From Campylobacterota bacterium (GTDB taxonomy: Bacteria > Campylobacterota > Campylobacteria > Campylobacterales > Arcobacteraceae), in contig JBNJFB010000006.1 of the NCBI GenBank assembly GCA_051746405.1, forward strand, positions 1 to 64,000: 64,000 nucleotides of DNA. Direction: 5' to 3'. A program made the translations under genes and the position numbers. The notes beneath the pieces were generated by a model, which saw only the letters and a program-made list of their open reading frames with translations, made no database searches and was not told the origin of the DNA. Below are positions 1 to 8,482 of the stretch, one piece after another (within the stretch, counting starts at the first letter, position 1; every line of letters starts with the position of its first letter).

Positions 1-99
1 AAGGAGGACAAAAACTAAAAATATTTACGCTATAATTTTAATCTGCAGGTGGGTCATTTTTATTCAAAAAAGTGGGTCAAATTTCAATCAAAATTTTCA
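1..99 (+). mobile_element. Terminus of a probable IS21-family insertion sequence (continues off the left edge) inserted in hsdR
   Basis: Minus strand from 99 reads TGAAAATTTTGATTGAAATTTGACCCACTTTTTTGAATAAAAATGACCCACCTG: terminal TG plus GTGGGTCA repeated at 49-56 and 72-79 (23-bp period), the layout of IS21-family ends. The HsdR ORF terminates inside it. Positions 1-18 (AAG GAG GAC AAA AAC TAA) could be the end of istB (inference). Confidence 0.7.
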
Positions 100-2422
100 G
101 CTCTTTTGTTAGTTGTACATACTCACTAGCCATATTTAAACAAGCTAACTGTTGTGTTGGTGTTCCACTAAAATATAAAGTATTATCAAACTTATGAAAT
201 AGTTTCGCAAGTAAATCTAAATGGTCTTTTACAACTACTATTGAAGCTTTTATATCTTCAAAGTTTTGACTATCTATTTGAGAAAACTGTTTTAAAGCTT
301 TATTCATAGCTGTTTTTATACCAATATAATCAACTACAAGCCCTTTTTCTTTTCCTTCAAACTTTCTATTTACCCTTGAGATAGTTTGTATAAGATTGTG
401 TTGCTGTATTGGTTTATCTATATAAATAGTATCCAAAAATGGCACATCAAATCCTGTGAGCCACATATCAACTACTATAGCTATTTTAAAGTTTGATTTT
501 TCATTTTTAAATTGTGTATCTAAAGTCTTTCTGTGTTCTTTAGTCCCTAATAAATCATATAACTCTTTTTCATCATCTTTGTTTCGGGTCATAATCATTT
601 TCAATTTTTCAAGAGGTAATATCTCTTTTTTCTCTTTTTCAGTAAGTTCTACATCATCGTCTGCAACTGATTTTTCATTCCAATTAGGTCTTAAAGCAAT
701 TATCTCACGAAAAAGTGCATAAGCTATAGATCTAGAACTTGATACAAACATAGCTTTACCTTTTAGTGTAGCACCCTCTTCTACTCTTTTTTCATAATGT
801 TCTACAAAATCTTTAGCAATTGCTTTTATCCTATCACTGTCACCAAGTATGGCTGTCATATTTGCCATAGATTTTTTACTATCTTCTATTTGGTGTTCAT
901 TTGCCCCTGCTTTTGCACAATCATCATAGTATTTCTCTATATCTTGTAGTTTTGAATTATCAAGTAGAACCTTTGCAGCTCTTCCTTCATATACTATTCT
1001 AACTGTAATTTCATCTCTTACTGATTCTGTCATTATATAGCTATCTACAACATCACCAAATACATCAAGTGTTGCATCAATCGGTGTTCCTGTAAATCCA
1101 ACATAAGTAGCATTTGGTAGTGAATCATGTAAATACTTTGCAAATCCATAAGTCTTTTTTACACCATCTTTTGTTGTCTTAACTTTTTGATCTAAGTTTA
1201 TTTGGCTTCTATGGGCTTCATCTGAAATACAAATGATATTTGTTCTTTCACTTAATAATTTAATATCTTCTGCGAACTTATGAATAGTAGTTAGAAATAC
1301 ACCACCACTTTCACGACCTTTTAATCTTTGTCTTAAATCTTCTCTATTTTCAACACTAACTATTCCATTATCACCTATAAAACCTTTTGCATTACCAAAT
1401 TGTCTACTAAGCTGATCATCCAAATCTGTTCTATCTGAAATAAGTATAATTGTAGGACTAGAAAAATGTACACTTTTCATAAGCATTCTAGTTAAATAAA
1501 GCATAGTAAAACTTTTGCCACAACCAGTAGCACCAAAGTATGTACCACCTTTACCATCACCTTGTGGTTTTTCTAAAGAAGGTTCCCTTTGATGTAATTT
1601 TATGTTTTCATAGAGTTTTCTAGTTGCGTAATATTGAGGATAACGACATACTATTTTTTCTTCATTTTTTGAAATATCTGGCATATAGATAAAGTTATGA
1701 ATAATATCTACTAACCTTTCTTTATTAAACATCCCTTGTATCATTGAGTACTGTGAAGCTATACCATTAACATCCTCTTCATTTCCTGTAATCCTTCTCC
1801 AAGAGTAAAAGAACTCATAAGGTGCGAAAAATGAACCTGCTTTATTATTCACTCCATCACTTATAACACAAAAAGCATTGTATTTAAAAAGTTCAGGTAT
1901 ATCTCGTCTATATCTAGTTGTTAATTGCACAAAAGCATCATGAATAGTTGCTTCTTCTCTTATGGCACTTTTAAATTCAAATACAACTAATGGTATACCG
2001 TTTATATACAGTATACCATCAGGGATTCTTTTTTGGAAGCCAACAATTTCAAGTTGATTTACTATTTTAAAATTGTTTTTATTTACATCACCATAATTTA
2101 TAAATTGGATATGAATATCTTTTTTAGAAGCATCTTCTCTTTTTAGAATAAAGCCATCTGATACTAGCTTCATAATTGATTTGTTTGTATCATAAAGATC
2201 ACTTGCAGGATAAGACTCAAGTTTTCGCACTATTTGAGTGATTTCACTATTAGTTATATTATCATTTTTATATCTATTTTTTAAATACTCTTTTAAATCC
2301 TCTTTTATTAAGACTTCACTTTCATCACGATTAATATCTTTACCATACTGATATTTTATGCCTTGATCTCCAAGTAAAGTTATAAATGCTAGTTCTAGTT
2401 TTTCTTCTGTAAATTTATTCAT
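77..2422 (-). pseudogene. hsdR: Type I restriction enzyme R subunit, C-terminally truncated by IS insertion
   Basis: PD-(D/E)xK motif IPDGILYINGIPLVVFEFK, Walker A ATGCGKS, DEAH box, QTISRVNR. Only 781 aa; the last residues (KILIEI*) are encoded by the IS end. Confidence 0.85.
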
Positions 2423-3438
2423 TATTTTATATCCATCTCCAATAATAATTTATCAAAATCACTTAAATATTCTTTATCTTGTATCTCTCTATATTTTTCA
2501 TATTCTGTATGAGCTTTTAGTTTTGCTTCAAGTGCTGAAATCTTACCATTGTCTAAAAGTATTGGATAGTCTGAAAGAGATAAAAATTTATCTAAGAAAA
2601 CTATCCAATCTTTCATATTCATAACTATCCCTCTTTTGGCTCGATTTTCTGCTAGATCAAGATAAGCTGAGACAATTCTTTTTAATTGTTCTATATGTTC
2701 TTCATTTAGATAGTTTTTAGCAATAGTTACATCTGATTTTAATATTTTACCATCAGGTGCATTTCTCCAAGTTTTAAGACCCATATATACTTTTTGAGCA
2801 TCTGCTTCAGTATATATTATTTCTGCTGCTGTTTTACCACATATTGCCCAGTGCATTTTATTTTGCACAGTTGTATAAAACTCTTTTGTAATCTGAGCAT
2901 TTTTATCATAGTCTGCACTTAATGCATATATATCTGTAATCTTTTGATAAAATCTTCTCTCACTAAGTCGTATCTCCCTTATACGATCTAATTGCTCATC
3001 AAAATAATCTTTACCAAAATGATGAATACTTTTAAATCTCTCATCATCCATAGCAAAGCCTTTTATGATGTACTCTTCAAGTACAGTGGTTGCCCATTTT
3101 CTAAACTGTGTAGCACGATGAGAGTTTACTCTATATCCAACAGCTGTGATTGCTTTAAGGTTATAAAAATTTGTTTTATACCTTTTGCCATCTTTTGCAG
3201 TTGTTTCCATTTTGGAAATAACTGATTCTTCCTCTAATTCGTTTGTATCAAATATATTCTTTAGATGTTTTGATATAGCTGGAACATTGACTTCAAATAA
3301 TTCTGCCATCTTTTTTTGAGTAAGCCATAAAGTTTCATTTTCAAAAAGTACATCAATATTTACTTTTAATTTATCTATTTTAAATATCACAAAATTTGGA
3401 ATATTTTCTGGCGAATGTAATTGTAATTTTTTATCCAT
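2422..3438 (-). CDS. RhuM-family (virulence RhuM) putative DNA-binding protein
   Basis: LWLTQKKMAELF, AVGYRVNSHRATQFRKWAT, RIREIRLSERRFYQKITDIYA, VQNKMHWAICGKTAAEII are typical of RhuM-family proteins; 1-nt overlap with the hsdR start. Confidence 0.85.
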   Translation of the reverse strand: MDKKLQLHSPENIPNFVIFKIDKLKVNIDVLFENETLWLTQKKMAELFEVNVPAISKHLKNIFDTNELEEESVISKMETTAKDGKRYKTNFYNLKAITAVGYRVNSHRATQFRKWATTVLEEYIIKGFAMDDERFKSIHHFGKDYFDEQLDRIREIRLSERRFYQKITDIYALSADYDKNAQITKEFYTTVQNKMHWAICGKTAAEIIYTEADAQKVYMGLKTWRNAPDGKILKSDVTIAKNYLNEEHIEQLKRIVSAYLDLAENRAKRGIVMNMKDWIVFLDKFLSLSDYPILLDNGKISALEAKLKAHTEYEKYREIQDKEYLSDFDKLLLEMDIK

Positions 3439-3512
3439 GTTTCTTTACCTTTGAATATTCAAAAAAATTAAAGTGTTTATTTTTTGTAGTATATATTTTG
3501 TTTTGTAGGTTA

Positions 3513-3638
3513 TTCATAAGGAAGACCCTCTCTTTGGCACATTATTAAGAGGTGGAAAGGGTGTGTTATTGGAAGTATAACTTATATACTTTTTAAGTGC
3601 ACTTAGAGTACATCGGGCTACTATCCCGAAGTTCATAA
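3513..3638. other. Hairpin-rich intergenic element (ncRNA or REP/MITE-like), flanked by TTCATAA direct repeats
   Basis: Minus-strand stems TCGGG-ATAGTAG-CCCGA, TAAGTGCACTTA, AAGTATA-TAAGT-TATACTT and CCCT..CTCTT...AAGAG.AGGG; visibly more GC-rich than its flanks; TTCATAA at 3513-3519 and 3632-3638. Confidence 0.4.
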
Positions 3639-3685
3639 AAGTAACAAGTTGTAAGTTATAATTGTTCATATAAAAGTAATAGTTT

Positions 3686-4615
3686 CTATTTATCATTATT
3701 CAATCCATCAAATAAACTTGGACAATGATTATCAAACCATTTATCTTGTTTTTTCTTTTTACCACTTTCTCGAAGTTTTAATTCCCCTAACTCTAATTCT
3801 TGAGTTCCATAAACCTTTTGAACCGAATAATTCTTTCGTTTTTCATCTCCAAACTCATCAAAAGTTGTTTTTATCTGTAAATGACAAGAGATAAGTGACC
3901 CGTTTAGAAAAGTATGTTTTCCTTCAGTAACTTCTTGTTTGAATTTAGAATCCCCCATACTAAAATCAACTTTTTCACTTTTATATTTACCTCTCCATTT
4001 GTATTTACCTTCTTTTAATACAGGAGAAATAATTTCTATCATTGCATCGTCATCTTCTTCAATAGCAATATTATCTTCTAAAATAAAATTCTTAAAGTAC
4101 TGTCGTTCAACTATAGTTTCATCTGAATATTTTTCTATATTTTTAAAACCAATCTTTTCAACTTTTTTATAATCATTGATTTTTTTATAAAAATTAGATA
4201 TAAATTTTTGTACTAACTTATTCTCAAGCTTTTTATCAATCTCTTTTTCTAATTCTTGTTTTTTGACCTCATTATCCAACTGTAAGTTTTTTAATGTTTC
4301 TTCTTTAATCTTTTTATCTAATTCTTCACTGGTTGCATCTTTTGTAGCATAGTAAACAATAATGTCATTAATTGCTAGAGATAAATAATGTAGGGCAGTT
4401 CCTAAAAAGCCAAATAAAATAAATTCTTTTAATCCACCCTCCTGATATGCTTTGGTTTCTATCTCAAGTTCACTATCTAATACATCACCAATTTTTCTTA
4501 AAGCATCAAGTAAATCTTTTTCAGCTTTATTCCGAATAAAGGCATCCATTGAATGACTACCATCATTAAGATAGTAATGAATTTCAAGTTTGTTAATAGA
4601 CTTTATATTTTTCAT
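3686..4615 (-). CDS. Hypothetical 309-aa protein, candidate defence gene
   Basis: Long ORF starting 1 nt after the kwaB stop; N-terminal HSMDA...EGG segment, hydrophobic helix, coiled coil, beta-rich C-terminal part. No family recognised with certainty. Confidence 0.8.
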   Translation of the reverse strand: MKNIKSINKLEIHYYLNDGSHSMDAFIRNKAEKDLLDALRKIGDVLDSELEIETKAYQEGGLKEFILFGFLGTALHYLSLAINDIIVYYATKDATSEELDKKIKEETLKNLQLDNEVKKQELEKEIDKKLENKLVQKFISNFYKKINDYKKVEKIGFKNIEKYSDETIVERQYFKNFILEDNIAIEEDDDAMIEIISPVLKEGKYKWRGKYKSEKVDFSMGDSKFKQEVTEGKHTFLNGSLISCHLQIKTTFDEFGDEKRKNYSVQKVYGTQELELGELKLRESGKKKKQDKWFDNHCPSLFDGLNNDK

Positions 4616-4616
4616 C

Positions 4617-5513
4617 TTATAATACTTTAGATGAATTACTTTCTAATTTCCTACCAGTAATTTCACCCTCATAAAAATTTTCATAAATTACTTTTAACAG
4701 AGATGTAATATGTTTATTTGTACTCAAATTATACACACCTTTTGTTTTTTTTAACTCTAGTTGAGATTTATATTTCTTTATGTAATTATTTACTCTAGTT
4801 TTTCTTGATAATACATCTGTTACCATTCCATTATCTAATGCATATTTTAATTTTTTTAAATTAGTTGTTAAAAGTTTTAATTTAGTATCATCAATATTGA
4901 AATCTTTAAATGTATTTACACTATCAACAAATTCTTTTTGTTCTTCTTCCGTAGCTTCCATATATAATTCGATAAATACATTGTCAATCTTTTTTAAATC
5001 AGAAAAGTTTTTAAAGTAAATTTTTTGACTTTCTTCATCTATTATTACATCAATAGAATCTTTAAATTCAAGTTCATCTTTTTGTTCTTTAATTTCTAAA
5101 CTATCTACTTTAAAACCTAGTAAAGTTTTTGATGTTATAAAATTCCTTTTAGTTATAGTTTGAATATTTAATTTATGTTTGTTCTTTTCTTTCTTACCAT
5201 AAATTAATAATTCAAGCTTTCCTAAATCTTTTTTATTTAGATTTGATATTTCGCCAGTTGAATCAAACATTTTAAAATACTCTAAAAGAGATTTTTGAAT
5301 TTCTTCTGCACTTGTTGAATAATCTATATGAAAGTATTTATCACTATCTAGTTTATAATCAGCTCTTACACTATGATAATCTACTGATTCAAAATCATAC
5401 TCAGTATTAAAATAGTTTTGATTAGATTTTTTTAACTTTTTTATCAACTCTTTATCTTCTGTAATTTTTACATGTGCATGTTTATTTACTAATTGAGCAA
5501 TAAAATTTTCCAT
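4617..5513 (-). CDS. kwaB: Kiwa anti-phage protein KwaB-like (DUF4868-like)
   Basis: IYFKNFSDLKKI...ELYMEATEEEQKEF and C-terminal LLKVIYENFYEGEITGRKLESNS resemble KwaB; lies directly downstream of a 4-TM gene. Confidence 0.7.
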   Translation of the reverse strand: MENFIAQLVNKHAHVKITEDKELIKKLKKSNQNYFNTEYDFESVDYHSVRADYKLDSDKYFHIDYSTSAEEIQKSLLEYFKMFDSTGEISNLNKKDLGKLELLIYGKKEKNKHKLNIQTITKRNFITSKTLLGFKVDSLEIKEQKDELEFKDSIDVIIDEESQKIYFKNFSDLKKIDNVFIELYMEATEEEQKEFVDSVNTFKDFNIDDTKLKLLTTNLKKLKYALDNGMVTDVLSRKTRVNNYIKKYKSQLELKKTKGVYNLSTNKHITSLLKVIYENFYEGEITGRKLESNSSKVL

Positions 5514-5515
5514 AT

Positions 5516-6043
5516 TTACCTCTTTTTTATAAATGTATATTCATCAATCCGATTTATATTATTAATTTGGTTTATTCCTTTAAAAATATCATCTTTATGA
5601 ATTATCAAAATATAAATTGCTTTTTCATTATCAATTTTATAAATTCTATATCCTTTTAAATACCAAATAGGATTTATATATCCTATATTACTCATCTGAA
5701 AAAATATAAAAATTCCTATTAAAAGAATAATTGTTGCAATTGCATTTGAAATTTCAATACTATTCAAACTAAAAGCAATAATTATAATTGATAAATACAC
5801 AGGCATAAGTTCTGTATAAATAGGATATATTTTATTAATTATTAAATTATCTTCTGTATGGTTTTTAGTGTTTTTTATTGCAACTTTTAATGAAAACCAT
5901 CCTAACAAAATACCAATTAATGAATAAAATATATAAGATAATAATCTATCTAAATAAAAATACTTTAAAATAAATAATTGATTATCTAAAATATAAAAAA
6001 ATAGAACCCAATAAAAAGCAGATATATTAATTAGAAATTTCAT
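5516..6043 (-). CDS. kwaA: Kiwa anti-phage membrane protein KwaA-like
   Basis: About 4 TM helices; ELMPVYLSII and YINPIWYLKGYRIYKI match the KwaA-type PxYL / NPxxxxxGY pattern; paired with a KwaB-like gene. Confidence 0.7.
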   Translation of the reverse strand: MKFLINISAFYWVLFFYILDNQLFILKYFYLDRLLSYIFYSLIGILLGWFSLKVAIKNTKNHTEDNLIINKIYPIYTELMPVYLSIIIIAFSLNSIEISNAIATIILLIGIFIFFQMSNIGYINPIWYLKGYRIYKIDNEKAIYILIIHKDDIFKGINQINNINRIDEYTFIKKR

Positions 6044-6171
6044 TTATCCCTCTATAGTTGACATTTTGAAAGTAAGATTTCTTTTAATTCATGTAATTTA
6101 TAGTTTTCATTTTGTTTAATTAAAATATGCTCAAATAGCTTTTCTAATTTTTCTTCTATATATTTATTCAT
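6044..6171 (-). pseudogene. Relic of an hsdS 3' end (frameshifted); translatable as a 39-aa mini-ORF 6052-6171
   Basis: Minus strand translates MNKYIEEKLEKLFEHILIKQNENYKLHELKEILLSK, then after a 1-nt deletion MSTIEG*, versus the intact HsdS end ILLSKMATIEG*. Positions 6044-6074 match 9647-9678 at 29/32 columns. Confidence 0.8.
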
Positions 6172-8027
6172 ACTAATACTTCTGGAGGGATTAATCCACT
6201 TCCTTCTCTCCATTCTTCTATTAATTTATAATGCTTAAACTTTTCATCCTCTATATCTTTCCATTCTATATGTTCTAGAACAATTATTTGAAAATCTTCA
6301 TGAAGTTCATTCTGAAAATATTCAATATGATTATCTAAAATATTTAAAGATTTCATAAATAATTCTTTTTCTTCACTTGTGTCAGAACCCGTTTCATAAA
6401 ATGGACTATCAGGTTGATCCAAGATCAAAAATTGTGGTATGAACTGAGACGGTTCAACTTTTTTAATAAATAACCTATGTAATGCTGTAAAAAATGCTAA
6501 ATGAAGAAATAAATGATTTGAAGAGCTTCCTATATTCTTGATAGTTTCACTATCATACATATCAATAATTTCATCAATTTTTTTTAGTTTAATTAATCTA
6601 TCTTTAAAATCAAAGATTGGCTTATATCCACTATATCCTCTTAAATCAAACTCTACACCTCTAAAAATACTTTGCATATATTCACTCAATGTATCTAGTG
6701 TATCACTTCTATCAATAGGAATAACTTCTTTCTTTAAGTTATTAATTTGAATATCAAGTTCTTCTAATTGTTTACTATAATCAGTATCTTCAATCTTTGT
6801 TTTATATATTTTTAATGCACTTTTCAACTCACCCAAAAATATAAGCTGTTTTGATTTTAATTTATCTACTTCTATTTCATTACTTGATAAATTATTTATA
6901 TTCTCTTCTATACTAGTTAAATCAGTATTTATTTCTTCAATCTCAGTATCAAGTTCTCTAATCGCTGGTAGATCTTTGTTTGAAATGAAACTTTTAATAG
7001 CAGTTAACTCTTTTTCTACTGCCTCAACTATATTTTTAAGACCGTTAACTTGTAATAGTTCATCCATTTTTGAATTTAAGTATTTAATTGGCTTTAAACT
7101 ATCCATATCTTTTTTTAAACTTTTTTTATACTTTTCATATTGTTTTTTATATTTAGTATATTTAGATCGTTTTAATTTAAGTTCTAGTTTTCTTTTTTCT
7201 AAATTAGTTATCTCAGAAGAGTTATCTATAGTTTCCAGTTTATTAATATCTTTTATCATATCTGATAGTCCTAGCATCGCATCATCAAAAGAAAGATTAT
7301 TCTCAATCAAATTTAATGCTTTTGCTTTATTAATAAGTTCTGTTTTTTCTTCAATAAAATTATCTTTTTTTGTTTTTAGAAAATCGATCTTATCTTCAAT
7401 TCTATCTTTTTTATTTTCTAACTCTTTCAGCTTTTCATTTTTTATAATATTATCAATATTTGTAACACCTAAGGCTATATCTAAAATTCTAATCAGAGCT
7501 TCTTGATACTTTGAGTCTGTTTGTTTGTCGAATAAAACTTTATTATGAGATAAAACATCTCTAGTTTGTGTATTGAAAAGCATAAAATATCTATGAGATA
7601 TTTTTGTATTCTTTTTAATGAAATTTCCACCAAATGGAAATTTCACATTATCGTTAATTGAAAACTCAGCATGTAAAACACTTTTAATATTTTTTTCTTT
7701 CGCATTTGCATAAATATTATCGGGAATATCTCCTGATGAAGAAAAGTAATAATTATTCATATTTGAGCTGTGTCTTGCTATAGTTAATGTCTTATTATTA
7801 ATACAAAAATTTATACCAAACCACTCTACTCTATCTATATAATCATCACCTTGAACAACTGTATTCTCACTTGATAAAAAACAATAGTCTAGAATTTCTA
7901 AAATTGAAGATTTACCTTTTGAAGGATCACCTGTAATAATATTTACTTTATTATTCTCAAATTCTCCTAATTCACGTTTATAACCATTATCAAGCCATAA
8001 AACTATTTTTTTTATATAAAATTTCAT
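6168..8027 (-). CDS. lmuB: Lamassu/ABC-three-component SMC-like ATPase (DUF3732-like), LmuB
   Basis: Walker A ITGDPSKGKS, long coiled coil, signature-like IGSSSNHLFLHL, Walker B FLILDQP, H-loop IIVLEH, C-terminal EEWR..GLIP. Confidence 0.85.
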   Translation of the reverse strand: MKFYIKKIVLWLDNGYKRELGEFENNKVNIITGDPSKGKSSILEILDYCFLSSENTVVQGDDYIDRVEWFGINFCINNKTLTIARHSSNMNNYYFSSSGDIPDNIYANAKEKNIKSVLHAEFSINDNVKFPFGGNFIKKNTKISHRYFMLFNTQTRDVLSHNKVLFDKQTDSKYQEALIRILDIALGVTNIDNIIKNEKLKELENKKDRIEDKIDFLKTKKDNFIEEKTELINKAKALNLIENNLSFDDAMLGLSDMIKDINKLETIDNSSEITNLEKRKLELKLKRSKYTKYKKQYEKYKKSLKKDMDSLKPIKYLNSKMDELLQVNGLKNIVEAVEKELTAIKSFISNKDLPAIRELDTEIEEINTDLTSIEENINNLSSNEIEVDKLKSKQLIFLGELKSALKIYKTKIEDTDYSKQLEELDIQINNLKKEVIPIDRSDTLDTLSEYMQSIFRGVEFDLRGYSGYKPIFDFKDRLIKLKKIDEIIDMYDSETIKNIGSSSNHLFLHLAFFTALHRLFIKKVEPSQFIPQFLILDQPDSPFYETGSDTSEEKELFMKSLNILDNHIEYFQNELHEDFQIIVLEHIEWKDIEDEKFKHYKLIEEWREGSGLIPPEVLV

Positions 8028-8482
8028 ATTTCAATCCTCAATTTAAAATATAGTTCTTTAACATCTTCATCTAGAATCTTGACAATGTTATTTGATGCTT
8101 TATAAACAGTATTTATCCTACTGCCTAATTCTTTAACACTAAAATTTATTTTTTCTATTTCTTGCTTTATAGGTATAATTTGACTATTGTTAATTTCAAT
8201 ATAACCCATTTTCTCGGCAAATATAATTGTATTTAAAGAAAGAGGTAAATAGTTAAAATATCTGTCATTATAGTTTAAAAAATATTCTACTTTTGATAGT
8301 ATTAAGTCTTCTATCCCTCTTATCACTACTCTACCATCTTTTAAATATTTTACTAATGGATCATGTAATACTAGTGGTAGAATCAATAAAGATTTTGAAT
8401 ATTCTAAACTATTCATGTTTTTTATAATTGACAGAAAAGACATTAATGAAAAACCTATATTATTATATTGTTCAAATTTCAT
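8024..8482 (-). CDS. lmuC: Lamassu/ABC-three-component middle component, LmuC
   Basis: 152 aa between effector and ATPase, overlapping both; YNN..., LILPLVLH motif typical of the middle component. Confidence 0.75.
   Translation of the reverse strand: MKFEQYNNIGFSLMSFLSIIKNMNSLEYSKSLLILPLVLHDPLVKYLKDGRVVIRGIEDLILSKVEYFLNYNDRYFNYLPLSLNTIIFAEKMGYIEINNSQIIPIKQEIEKINFSVKELGSRINTVYKASNNIVKILDEDVKELYFKLRIEI

Noticed and set aside
3440..3685. Integron attC site or retron msr-msd
   Set aside because: No clear RYYYAAC...GTTRRRY single long hairpin, and no integrase or reverse transcriptase in the window.
3514..3696. 60-aa ORF in the ORF track
   Set aside because: Overlaps the orf309 stop, has no recognisable motif and runs through the hairpin element; more likely incidental.
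6976..7506. 176-aa plus-strand ORF and the other short antisense ORFs in the track
   Set aside because: Shadow frames opposite well-supported genes, with low-complexity F/S/L/I composition from the reverse complement of K/E-rich codons.
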